48,365 bases of DNA from NCBI GenBank assembly GCA_029856155.1, contig JAHQWL010000033.1, forward strand, positions 1 to 48,365. The letters are read 5' to 3'. The position numbers and the translations under genes were made by a program. The notes beneath the pieces are model-generated. The model did not search any database, had not been told where the DNA came from, and saw only the letters and a list, made by a program, of their open reading frames with translations. The first letter of the stretch is position 1. Each line of letters begins with the position of its first letter. Source of the DNA: Promethearchaeia archaeon. GTDB lineage: Archaea; Asgardarchaeota; Lokiarchaeia; Sigyniarchaeales; SOKP01. Below are positions 19,161-28,257 of the stretch, piece by piece.

Positions 19161-20831
19161 TTGATCATGAGTAGAGATTTGAAAGATTTAATTGATACAG
19201 TTGAAAAGGAGACCCGCTCCCACGCAGAATTAGAACAGATAATATCATCCTTAAAAGAAGAAATAAATAAATTCAAGTTTACAGTAAAAGAACAGAAATT
19301 TTTAATTGAAAGTCTTAAAACTCAATTGGGGGACGAACAAATTGAAAGAGTTGTTCTTCCTAGTGAAATTGATATTTTAAAAGATATAATTTCTTCTCAA
19401 CGACAAGAATTGAATGAAAAACAGAGTGATATTGAAAAACTTTACGATAGGATTGATAATTTAGCAACAAGCATGGAGAGTAATGAGGATATAAGTGATC
19501 TAGAAATAAGGAATAAAGATCTACTCGAAAATCAGATGCAAATTGTCCAATTAAGTAATGAGAATCAAGAATACAGACACCAAATTAAATTTTTAAAAGA
19601 CCAAATCGAGGAGTTACGCTTAGAAAAGAGCGAAGTCAAGGAACTTATCGAAGAAATTGATGAAGAACCCGAAGTAAATGAAGAATTAATAAATGTTAAA
19701 AGATTAAACTTTCAATTGATGGAGGAAAATGGATTATTACGTTTGGAAGTGGAATCACTAAAAACAAAATTTCAAGAAAACTTAGAAAGGGCAATTTCAG
19801 AAGAACTAAAGTCTGCTCAAGAGAGAAATGCTGTATTATCATCCAAATTTGAGTCGCTTAAGAACAAATTACATGAACATATCGAAACAAGTTCAGAAGA
19901 ATTAGAGTCTGCTCAAGAGAGAAATGCTATTCTTTCAGCTGAATTGGAATCCTTAAAAGCTAAATTACAAGAACGTGAAGACTCAAGTTCAGAAGAATTA
20001 GAGTCTGCTCAAGAGAAAAATGCTATTCTATTAGCTGAATTGGAATTCTTAAAAGCTAAATTACAAGAACGTGAAGACTCAAGTTCAGAAGAATTAGAAT
20101 CTGCTCAAGAGAAAAATGCTATTCTATTAGCCGAAATGGAATCTTTAAAAGCTAAATTACAAGAACGTGGAGACATAGGTAAAGAAGAATTAAAATTAGC
20201 TAATGATAAAATTAGTATTTTAACTGTCGAGTTAGCAGATTATAAAGCTCAAGTAGATTATTTAAAGGTTCAATTAGAAGATATTCATGAACCAATAATA
20301 GTTACAACGGAAGATGCATTAGAATTTGCTGAAATGAGGGAAAAATTTGAAAATTTAAAGATAGAGTTATCCAACTATCAGATAGAAAACCAGAATCTTA
20401 ACAAGATGTTAAAACAATCAAAAGAGAAAGAAGTAGATATAAAGAATGAACAAATTTATGAACCAGAAATTTTAAAAAATATACCAAAACAATTACAACT
20501 CCCTCTTTTTAATAGAATATATCATTTGCTTGATAAAAATAACAAGGAAATAGTAATAAATTTACTGATACAGGATCTAAAGAGTAATAATAGTGAGATA
20601 AAAAGAAATGCTATAAAAATTTTAAGTCATATTAGATATAAAAAAGTTTATGATGCTTTGCTTGAATTGATTAATGATAAAGATTGGATTGTTAGATATA
20701 ATATCATTAAAGCATTAAGTAAGTTTGAGAAAAAAAATGAAGAGTTTACATCTTTTTTAAAAAAGCTTACTAAAGATGTTGATGTCGATGTTAGAGAGCT
20801 TGCAACAAAAATTTTAAGCGACATCACCTAA
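19161..20831 (+). CDS. Long coiled-coil protein with C-terminal HEAT/PBS-lyase-like repeats
   Basis: About 430 aa of E/K/L-rich heptads, then IKRNAIKILS, DKDWIVRYNIIKAL, DVDVDVRELATKIL. The start may be ATG 19167. Confidence 0.85.
   Translation: MIMSRDLKDLIDTVEKETRSHAELEQIISSLKEEINKFKFTVKEQKFLIESLKTQLGDEQIERVVLPSEIDILKDIISSQRQELNEKQSDIEKLYDRIDNLATSMESNEDISDLEIRNKDLLENQMQIVQLSNENQEYRHQIKFLKDQIEELRLEKSEVKELIEEIDEEPEVNEELINVKRLNFQLMEENGLLRLEVESLKTKFQENLERAISEELKSAQERNAVLSSKFESLKNKLHEHIETSSEELESAQERNAILSAELESLKAKLQEREDSSSEELESAQEKNAILLAELEFLKAKLQEREDSSSEELESAQEKNAILLAEMESLKAKLQERGDIGKEELKLANDKISILTVELADYKAQVDYLKVQLEDIHEPIIVTTEDALEFAEMREKFENLKIELSNYQIENQNLNKMLKQSKEKEVDIKNEQIYEPEILKNIPKQLQLPLFNRIYHLLDKNNKEIVINLLIQDLKSNNSEIKRNAIKILSHIRYKKVYDALLELINDKDWIVRYNIIKALSKFEKKNEEFTSFLKKLTKDVDVDVRELATKILSDIT
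19797..20180 (+). repeat. Four tandem 96-bp (32-aa) in-frame repeats
   Basis: SEEL(K/E)SAQE(R/K)NA(V/I)L...L(K)AKLQER units; DNA is near-identical at a 96-bp period (e.g. 19981 vs 20077). Confidence 0.93.
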
Positions 20832-20928
20832 TTATTCCATATTTTGACAAATTTGTATCTATTTTTAGACGTGTTCATAAGTTATTATTCAATAAAATTA
20901 TATAGGTCTCCTTTTAACAGGGTATTAA

Positions 20929-21195
20929 ATGATGGGTAGAAGATTATTTACACCGAATAGATGGAACTGGAGCCAAAAAGCGGAAAAATGGGTATATATT
21001 AAAATAAATAAAGATGGAAAAAAGCTATACCAATACCAAATAGATCCACCACAAGAATTTATCAACTTAACAATAAGAATGAAAGAGCTTAATAAAAAAT
21101 TATTAAAAACAACAGATCCAGATGAAAATGCAAAAATATTCAATGAATTAATGAAAGTATCTAAAAAAATGCAAGATATGGGCAAACCAAGTTAA
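20929..21195 (+). CDS. hypothetical protein
   Basis: 88-aa ORF with an aromatic N-terminus (RWNWSQKAEKWVYI) and a helical C-terminus. Confidence 0.7.
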   Translation: MMGRRLFTPNRWNWSQKAEKWVYIKINKDGKKLYQYQIDPPQEFINLTIRMKELNKKLLKTTDPDENAKIFNELMKVSKKMQDMGKPS

Positions 21196-21938
21196 CAATA
21201 ATTATTTAATTCTTTTCTAGAAAGATAATCTGCCAAATAAAGTGGTTCTGGTTGTCTATGTCCTTTAGTTATAGCTAAACACATTCTTAAAGCATCATTA
21301 AGTCTTATTTTATAGCCTTCACTTATAAATACTGGTTTTAAACCATCATTTAAACAGACAGCATATCCTAATATTTCATTTAATGATTTTTTAGATTGTA
21401 ATTTCGGATTTTTCGCCCATATTGATGTTTTATTGCCTCTTTTTCTCTCAATTTTTTGCCAATCTGAATATCCAATGAAAGGATTTTTAGCAATACCTAT
21501 ACTAGAAATATCTAAAGCTAACCCAAGTTGGGTAGCCTCTCCGAATCTTCTTGGGTGAACTTTACCATGACCATCACACATTATAAGATCTGGCATAACT
21601 GGGAGTTTTGAAATTACTTTTGCTAAAATTTTGCATTCTCTAAATCCAAGGAACCCTGGTCTATATGGAAATTTAATAAGCTCTTTAGTAAAAAAATGTT
21701 TTTCTTTTCTATTTTGATTTAAATCCCAAATTACCGCACAAGCAATTCCATATTCATAATTATCTTTATTAAAGTATGAGACGTCTACACCAACAATAGT
21801 TTTTATGTGTTCAATCTTTATTTTCTCTTTAGTTTTTGGAGATTCATCAATTAATTTTTGATATTTAATTTGGATAGCTTCTGCTTGTTCAAATGAATAA
21901 TTATCTCTCAATAACTCCTCAATAAATTGCATTCTCAT
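21192..21938 (-). CDS. nfi: Endonuclease V (deoxyinosine 3' endonuclease)
   Basis: GVDVSY, FPYRPGFLGFRE, MCDGHGKVHPRRFG, IGIAK, KPVFISEG, PEPLYLAD. Confidence 0.93.
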   Translation of the reverse strand: MRMQFIEELLRDNYSFEQAEAIQIKYQKLIDESPKTKEKIKIEHIKTIVGVDVSYFNKDNYEYGIACAVIWDLNQNRKEKHFFTKELIKFPYRPGFLGFRECKILAKVISKLPVMPDLIMCDGHGKVHPRRFGEATQLGLALDISSIGIAKNPFIGYSDWQKIERKRGNKTSIWAKNPKLQSKKSLNEILGYAVCLNDGLKPVFISEGYKIRLNDALRMCLAITKGHRQPEPLYLADYLSRKELNNYC

Positions 21939-22072
21939 ATTATAATTTTATAAAACTTATGTAATATTTAATTCAGATATCTTTATATTATCCTAGTTTT
22001 GTAATTTTTCCCAAATTATTTAGACTTATAAATAAAAAATTTAATTGATTTCAAATTATTATTAAATTAACA

Positions 22073-22876
22073 ATGAAGATTGCAATATCAGGCAAAGGAG
22101 GAGTTGGGAAAACCTTAGTAGCTGGAATTTTAGCAAGAATGTTTGCAAGAGATGGGTTTAAAGTTCTTGCAATCGATAACGATTCAGCAATGAATCTTAG
22201 CTACACATTAGGTATTGATGAGAAGACTAAAGCTCAAATAGTCCCAATTAAAGAGATGAAATCAATGATCGAAGAAAGAACATTAGTAAAAGGTGCAGGA
22301 TCGGGAGTTTATAATATTAATCCAACCGTCTCTGATATTCCAGATAAATATAAAGTTTCTGGTCCAGACGGTTTACAACTTTTGGTTTTAGGCGGAATTG
22401 AGGAACCCGCTACTGGATGTTTATGCCCAGAAAATGCGATAATAAGAACTCTATTATATAATTTATTTATTAAAAGAGACGAAGTAGTAATTGTCGATTT
22501 TGAAGCGGGAATCGAACATTTAGGTCGCGGTACAGCAAAAGGAATTGATTTAATGCTGGTTATTACTGAACCCTCTCAAAAATCTTTAGATCTATGCCAT
22601 AAAATAATTGAACTGTCTAAAAAATTAGGTGTTATTAACATTTATTTAATTGCAAATAAAATAACTGATGAATCACAACAAGAAATTATCAATAAAAAAA
22701 CACAAAATTGGAAAGTCCCACTTTATCATATTATTCCATTTGATCCTGATATTGGAAAAGCTGATTTAGAAGGTAGCTCACCAATTGATTATAATTCAAA
22801 TTCAGAAGGAATTTTGTCAATAAAATCTCTTTATGAAAAATTAAAGTTATTAAAACAGGAGTTATTTGACTTATAG
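22073..22876 (+). CDS. cooC: CooC-family nickel-insertion ATPase
   Basis: SGKGGVGKT Walker A, GCLCPEN Ni-binding CxC, DFEAGIEHLGRGTA. Confidence 0.93.
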   Translation: MKIAISGKGGVGKTLVAGILARMFARDGFKVLAIDNDSAMNLSYTLGIDEKTKAQIVPIKEMKSMIEERTLVKGAGSGVYNINPTVSDIPDKYKVSGPDGLQLLVLGGIEEPATGCLCPENAIIRTLLYNLFIKRDEVVIVDFEAGIEHLGRGTAKGIDLMLVITEPSQKSLDLCHKIIELSKKLGVINIYLIANKITDESQQEIINKKTQNWKVPLYHIIPFDPDIGKADLEGSSPIDYNSNSEGILSIKSLYEKLKLLKQELFDL

Positions 22877-22887
22877 ACTATTTCTTT

Positions 22888-23130
22888 TTAAATAATATCT
22901 GTTAGATTTAAATCTTGATCTTCAGCAATCTCTCTCCATTGCTCTATGGCTTCCATAGCTTCCTTTTCATTCATCATTTCTATGGCATAACCGGCATGAA
23001 CGATTATATACTTGCCAATCTCGGGATTTTGAATCAATGCGATAATTACATTTTGTTTTATCCCATCAAAATCTACTAATGCAGAATTACCATCGATTTT
23101 TAAAATTTTTCCCGGTATTGCTAAACACAT
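22888..23130 (-). CDS. hypC: Hydrogenase maturation chaperone HypC
   Basis: MCLAIPGKI N-terminus, IIVHAGYAI. Confidence 0.95.
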   Translation of the reverse strand: MCLAIPGKILKIDGNSALVDFDGIKQNVIIALIQNPEIGKYIIVHAGYAIEMMNEKEAMEAIEQWREIAEDQDLNLTDII

Positions 23131-23240
23131 GACAAATATCTGGTTTATAAAATAGTAAATAATTCTAATAATAATGTTGGTAAAATAAAATTATCTTTTT
23201 TATGATATAAAAGGCGAATATTGTTAAATGTTCAAAAAAA

Positions 23241-24035
23241 TTATTGCTTACCTGAATAGAAATTAATTAAATCATCCAGCCAATTAAATATTTCCTCTTT
23301 TGTAAGATTGTCAATATTGAACTTCAACCGTTCTAATTCCCTTAGAATATTCTTTGTGTCTAATGATACAGAAGTCTGACATAACTCAAATAAATACTCA
23401 TTACTTTTTGTAACTAAATTTTTTATTTCCGAATCCATTCCATAAAAAAGAGGGGTATTATCTAATTCATCTACAGTTTTATCTAGATCTACAAGTAGAT
23501 TTATTAAATCAAATAATCTCCCTGTTTCGTTTCCTTTAAATGAACTATTAAAGTGAAAGTAATAGCCCTTAAAATCATCTATAGGGATTAATTCTGAATA
23601 TTTATTGTCTATTTTAATAACAGATTTTAAATGTTTATATAGATTTGATGGCGCCCACGCATGCAACTCGAAGCTAGATTCTAGATCATCACTTCGTATA
23701 TTCAAATTAAATTTATGCTCATCTTTAAAATAACCAAAAGGAATTATAACAAAGTCTAATGAATTTGATGTGCCATTGTTCAATGCAAAATTTAGATTAG
23801 AAATTTCATAGGATTGATTAAGGGAATGTCTATGTAAGTCAAATTTTATTTTTTTAACATCTGGCATATACATATAGAATAATAATCCTTCAAATCCCTG
23901 AAGTGATAAGTCAATTGAAAAATTAACTACTTTTTTTATATTAGTTCCATTATTGAATCTTACATTAAGAAAAACATGATAATAATATTCAAGATATTGG
24001 AAAAACCAAGGAACGTCACGCTTTAAATTAAACAT
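23241..24035 (-). CDS. hypothetical protein
   Basis: 264-aa ORF with no recognised motif; start uncertain. Confidence 0.6.
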   Translation of the reverse strand: MFNLKRDVPWFFQYLEYYYHVFLNVRFNNGTNIKKVVNFSIDLSLQGFEGLLFYMYMPDVKKIKFDLHRHSLNQSYEISNLNFALNNGTSNSLDFVIIPFGYFKDEHKFNLNIRSDDLESSFELHAWAPSNLYKHLKSVIKIDNKYSELIPIDDFKGYYFHFNSSFKGNETGRLFDLINLLVDLDKTVDELDNTPLFYGMDSEIKNLVTKSNEYLFELCQTSVSLDTKNILRELERLKFNIDNLTKEEIFNWLDDLINFYSGKQ

Positions 24036-24237
24036 AATTATCTTAACTAAATCATATTATTTATTTCTTATCATGTAATAAACCCTAGGATAAATACAAT
24101 GGAATTCTATTGTTATACAAATTTCTAAAATTCCAATTTATAAAATAATTCTTTATTATTTAAACTTTACAATCGTAATAACAAAATACAATATATATTA
24201 TAGAATAACGAATATTTTTCTTATATTCAATAATACA

Positions 24238-24888
24238 TTATATTTCAATCTGGTTATAAGGATATCTTTTTACCCTATATAATTCAAAATTCAGCAATTT
24301 CGCTAGCTGAATGCATCTTTTATTTTCAATATAAATTTCAAATCTAAGTTCTTCAAAATTCATATTCTTTAAAAAGTTCCATGCTTTTAAACAAATAATC
24401 AGTCCTACTTTTCTTCCCTGAAGTTCTGGTAAAATTCCCATTCCAGCAATTACACCAAATTGTTTTCTTGGACCATCACAATCAAGAATAATATATCCTA
24501 TATTGATTCCATTTAAACGCGCTAGTAGTAATAGTGTTTCAGGATAATCAAATAATATTTCAAATATTTCTTTGCTTGTAGGAAAAAATAAAATATGGGA
24601 ATCCTCCCAAGCTCTCTTATGAATGGAAAAAATTGAATCTAAATCTTTCTTGGATGCTTCATTTATCTCAATATTTAAGTCAATAGATCCTATATGGTTT
24701 TTAATATTGGAAATATAATCCTGAGTAATTTTAGCTATTGGAAGTCTCATTTGAAGATAATATAATCCGTCTTCTATTAAAGCTGAATGAATTTTATCTA
24801 AATTATATTCATTTAACTTATTTTTATCCAAATTTATAAATAAATTCTTTATTATACTATTTTTTAATGAGATTTTTGATGCTACCAT
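24238..24888 (-). CDS. GNAT-family N-acetyltransferase
   Basis: MGILPELQGRKVG acetyl-CoA motif A; EIYIENKRCIQLAKLLNFE motif B. Confidence 0.8.
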   Translation of the reverse strand: MVASKISLKNSIIKNLFINLDKNKLNEYNLDKIHSALIEDGLYYLQMRLPIAKITQDYISNIKNHIGSIDLNIEINEASKKDLDSIFSIHKRAWEDSHILFFPTSKEIFEILFDYPETLLLLARLNGINIGYIILDCDGPRKQFGVIAGMGILPELQGRKVGLIICLKAWNFLKNMNFEELRFEIYIENKRCIQLAKLLNFELYRVKRYPYNQIEI

Positions 24889-24897
24889 AATAAGTTT

Positions 24898-24912
24898 TAT
24901 GAATAATTATTC
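24898..24912. promoter_or_regulatory. TATGAATAATTATTC motif copy 1 (palindromic core GAATAATTATTC)
   Basis: Exact 15-mer repeated at 25038, 29723 and 29759; about 10 bp upstream of the GNAT start. Confidence 0.7.
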
Positions 24913-25037
24913 GTTTTACAATAGTAAAATTATATTAAATAATTTAAATCTATCGAATAAACTTCGAGAGAAACTATACATTGCTGTATATTATTCAATA
25001 AAATTGAATTTTATTACTGTTTATTAGTGAGGATTAT

Positions 25038-25052
25038 TATGAATAATTATTC
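25038..25052. promoter_or_regulatory. TATGAATAATTATTC motif copy 2
   Basis: Exact 15-mer in intergenic sequence. Confidence 0.65.
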
Positions 25053-25204
25053 TTTTCATAATAATGAATTAAATTTAAGCAAGAATAATTTTCAAATGCA
25101 TAGATATTAAACTAAATGAATTATGTGAACTAATCAAAGAGGTATTTAAAAAATTATTAAATAATAAAGATGAACTATACTTGATATAAAAAAGAGTTAA
25201 ATGT

Positions 25205-25221
25205 AAAAAAAAAAAAAAAAA
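25205..25221 (-). terminator. 17-nt oligo-U tract downstream of hdrB; probable archaeal terminator
   Basis: A17 on the plus strand, 8 nt beyond the hdrB stop. Confidence 0.55.
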
Positions 25222-25229
25222 TATAGAAT

Positions 25230-26123
25230 TTATTTAATTAGGCCTCTCATTTCAATTCCTACATTTTCTAAGGCAAATTTCAATCGAATTCTGTGAAACA
25301 TAAGTCCAATTTCACTCGCATCAAGATCCATTGCTAATGCTAATAATTCAGTTAAATACATCACTGGTATATTATAGTCTTCTTCAAACATTTTTGAGAG
25401 ATTTCTCTGTTGTGTATCAAATTGCTGAAAACATGAAGGACAATTTACGCAGATTACATCTGCCCCAGATTTTCTAATACTATCCATTTTCTTTTTTAAA
25501 GTTGCCAATCCATATTCCTCATAAGCATTTGTTACTGCAGAACCACAACATAAAGCTTCTTCATCGTGATCTACAACAGTTGCTCCTAAAGCAGAAACGA
25601 TTTCTTTTAAATTAGTTGGGTGTAATGGGTCATCAGATTCCATCCATTCAGCAGGTCTCATATAATGACAACCAGGGTGACATGCAACTTTTAGATTCTT
25701 TAAATCTTTCACTACTGAAGATTTTATTTTATCTAAATTATTTTTCAAAACATCAACAAAGTGTTTAACATCGATAGATCCCCTGTATTCTTTACCTATT
25801 TTAGCTAATTCTGCATTAATTTTTTCTTTTTTTAGCGAATCGTGCATTAATTGATGTTTCACTCCTCTTAATGTATTAGCACACCCATTACATAATGAAA
25901 TGATATCCTTACCTTCTGCTTCAGCTAAACAAAGGTTTCTTGCACCCATTGCTAACCAAGTATCGTTATCAAAGCATTTAACACCTGTTGGATCTGGACA
26001 ACAAGAAAATGGTGCTTGAGATGTTTCAATTCCTAACTTTTCAAAAACCTTTCTTGAAGCCGCTTCTACAAAAGGAATTCGATTTCCTATAACGCAACCT
26101 TCAAACATTTTATATTCTGTCAT
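25230..26123 (-). CDS. hdrB: Heterodisulfide reductase subunit B (copy 1)
   Basis: Two CCG domains: GC..SCCP..LCNGC and HPGCH..LCCG..NCPSC. Confidence 0.93.
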   Translation of the reverse strand: MTEYKMFEGCVIGNRIPFVEAASRKVFEKLGIETSQAPFSCCPDPTGVKCFDNDTWLAMGARNLCLAEAEGKDIISLCNGCANTLRGVKHQLMHDSLKKEKINAELAKIGKEYRGSIDVKHFVDVLKNNLDKIKSSVVKDLKNLKVACHPGCHYMRPAEWMESDDPLHPTNLKEIVSALGATVVDHDEEALCCGSAVTNAYEEYGLATLKKKMDSIRKSGADVICVNCPSCFQQFDTQQRNLSKMFEEDYNIPVMYLTELLALAMDLDASEIGLMFHRIRLKFALENVGIEMRGLIK

Positions 26124-26138
26124 TTTTTTACCCTCGAA

Positions 26139-26648
26139 TTATTTTAGTTTTTTTGTTATCCCTATATTTTTCAATAATGTTTGTACCTCATTTATATCTG
26201 GTGTTACTATAGATGGTAAACCTAATTGTTCTCTTCGCCTCTCAATTGCAGGTTGTGAAGGAATTGCTTTTGCGTTTTCGAAAACTGTCTTTGCTTGAGA
26301 ATAAAGGTAATCTGGTCCCTTCCCTAAAGCAATGCTTTGGTTTTTTAGAAAAGTAAAAATTTCTGTGAGCTCAATATTCTGAGGACATACTTCATCACAA
26401 GTATCACAAACAGTACAACCCCAAATTGTTAGGTCATCAGCTTCAAGTAGTAAATCTTTATACCCTAAAAGAGCCAGTAAGATATTTTTTCTAGGATTAT
26501 AACCCTTATCTGGGTCATAAAAATCCATAGATACTTCAGTTACCGGACAATTATCAGCACATCTACTACATTGATAACAGTATTTAATTACATCAGGCCC
26601 AATATGATAATCCATTATTTGTTTTCTAAATTCAAAATTTGTTTCCAT
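26139..26648 (-). CDS. hdrC: Heterodisulfide reductase subunit C (copy 1)
   Basis: CYQCSRCADNCP and WGCTVCDTCDEVCPQ 2x[4Fe-4S] motifs; RREQLGLP. Confidence 0.92.
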   Translation of the reverse strand: METNFEFRKQIMDYHIGPDVIKYCYQCSRCADNCPVTEVSMDFYDPDKGYNPRKNILLALLGYKDLLLEADDLTIWGCTVCDTCDEVCPQNIELTEIFTFLKNQSIALGKGPDYLYSQAKTVFENAKAIPSQPAIERRREQLGLPSIVTPDINEVQTLLKNIGITKKLK

Positions 26649-26694
26649 TTTTTTTCCACTTTTTTCCTAATTTTTTGAATGAATTTTTTTATAA

Positions 26695-26768
26695 TAGGCT
26701 TTAACCCCACGCAAGGGGCAGTCATATCCAATTTCTATTATTTTTATTGAACATTCATCCTAAGCCTA
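26695..26768 (-). promoter_or_regulatory. Eukaryote-type SECIS element of vhuU
   Basis: Minus strand reads AUGA-A-UGUUCAAU-AAAAAUAAUAGAA-AUUGGAUA-U-GA-C: AUGA/GA core, about 9-bp helix, A-rich apical loop. The lower helix is UAGGCUU/AAGCCUA. The core lies about 80 nt 3' of the in-frame UGA. Confidence 0.8.
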
Positions 26769-26904
26769 CGTTTAAATTTCGAGAGTAAATCTCAGTGCCC
26801 TCTTCATCAACAACTGTGATGTGAGCTGCACACGATAGTCAACAGTCAAAGCAGCGAACTATCATCTCTAAGAGATTTACCACGCCTTCTGGTACATCAC
26901 TCAT
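26755..26904 (-). CDS. vhuU: Selenocysteine-containing hydrogenase subunit VhuU (49 aa; absent from the ORF track)
   Basis: MSDVPEGVVNLLEMIVRCFDC-U-LSCAAHITVVDEEGTEIYSRNLNVGLG*. The TGA at 26841-26839 falls on the first ligand of the C-terminal DxCxxCxxH motif that the upstream large subunit lacks. Confidence 0.93.
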
Positions 26905-26946
26905 CTTTTTTGTTCACTTTTTTATTTAATTCTCAATATATTTAAT

Positions 26947-28254
26947 TTATTTAATCCATGGGTCTGGTAATTTTAAACTGTCAAGTGCCTTGTCCTCGAA
27001 AACTTGTTTAGCTACATGCATAAGTGTCTTTTCGATCCCTGCAATATTATGGTTTGTTGCCACTAAGAGATTTGCTTTTTTACATATTCCATCAGCATCA
27101 GACCATATGTTATATAAGAGTAATCCTCGAGGAGCTTCAGTTATGCCAACACCATTTCCTTCTCTAGGTTGAACATCCAAAGTTTTACAATCTGGATTAA
27201 CAACATCATCATCTTGAAGAAGTGTTGCTATTACTTCAATAGATTCGACTAATTCAATTAATCGAGCCCAATGATAAGCAAATGTATGATGAATAACATT
27301 AGTACCGACTTTCGCTCTCATTGCCTGTAATGCTTCGTCAGCTAAGGGAGTAGCCATTTTATCAGCACAATTAATCATCGCCAATGTATTTGCTCGATAT
27401 ATCCCTTCAGGATATCCGGCAGGTTTATAATACATGTGAGTTGCATATGAGTGCTCTGGAATATGTTCACCTAAAACGTCTAGATATTTTTGAGGTGGAT
27501 AATCGAATTTTTGCCCATCAGGAGAAACAATACGAATATTTCCATCATAAATATCGTGAACACCATTTTTAGTCATCCCAACATAGTAAGTAGGAACTAC
27601 TCCTACATTAGCTACTACATCCCAATAATCTTCGACTACTTTTAAGCCAATTTCAACAGTCTTTTTTGACCATTCTACTTGATCTTCAATTTGTTTTAAG
27701 AATAAATCTCGGACATCTTCATCTAAAGGCTTTTTCATACCTCCTACAATTGCTGATATTGGATGTACTGATTTACCACCAACAGCCTGGCATAGTTTTT
27801 GACCAAAATCCATCATTTTTAATGCCATCTTACCCACATCTGGCATTTGATTAATTATATGCACTACGTTCCTTAACGCAGGGTCTGCAAAAGGTCCTAA
27901 TAAGAAATCAGGCGCGGCGAGTGCATAGAAATGCAACGCATGTGATGAATATTGCTTTGCATTTTGCAGCAATTGACGTAATTTATATGCAGCAGGAGGA
28001 ATTTGTACGCCCCATGCATCTTCTACCGCTTTTGTAGGCGTTAAATGATGAGGAATTGGACATATACCACAAATTCTAGGAGTAATCCTTGGAATATGCT
28101 CACAATAACGTCCTTCAAGAAATTTTTCAAAAAATCTTGTTGAGGTAATGTTAAATTGAACATCTTGTACTTTTCCATCATCACCTAGAACTACTCTCAA
28201 ACCACCATGCCCTTCTAATCGAGTTACAGGTTCTACAACTATTTCTTTTACCAT
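26947..28254 (-). CDS. vhuA: Group 3c (F420-non-reducing) [NiFe(Se)] hydrogenase large subunit, C-terminally split
   Basis: TRLEGHG, RFFEKFLEGR, RICGICPIPH, EAPRG, NLLVATNHN; ends LPDPWIK with no DPCxxC motif. Confidence 0.93.
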   Translation of the reverse strand: MVKEIVVEPVTRLEGHGGLRVVLGDDGKVQDVQFNITSTRFFEKFLEGRYCEHIPRITPRICGICPIPHHLTPTKAVEDAWGVQIPPAAYKLRQLLQNAKQYSSHALHFYALAAPDFLLGPFADPALRNVVHIINQMPDVGKMALKMMDFGQKLCQAVGGKSVHPISAIVGGMKKPLDEDVRDLFLKQIEDQVEWSKKTVEIGLKVVEDYWDVVANVGVVPTYYVGMTKNGVHDIYDGNIRIVSPDGQKFDYPPQKYLDVLGEHIPEHSYATHMYYKPAGYPEGIYRANTLAMINCADKMATPLADEALQAMRAKVGTNVIHHTFAYHWARLIELVESIEVIATLLQDDDVVNPDCKTLDVQPREGNGVGITEAPRGLLLYNIWSDADGICKKANLLVATNHNIAGIEKTLMHVAKQVFEDKALDSLKLPDPWIK

Positions 28255-28257
28255 TTT

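Noticed and set aside
19797-20180. 96-bp repeats as CRISPR or a mobile element
   Set aside because: They are in-frame coding repeats with no spacers or terminal repeats.
26722-26757. Read-through of the terminal vhuU UGA as a second Sec
   Set aside because: That UGA is part of the SECIS core. Read-through would add only a low-complexity peptide (MFNKNNRNWI) before another UGA.
26947-28254. vhuA as a truncated pseudogene
   Set aside because: The missing ligand segment is encoded by the adjacent vhuU.
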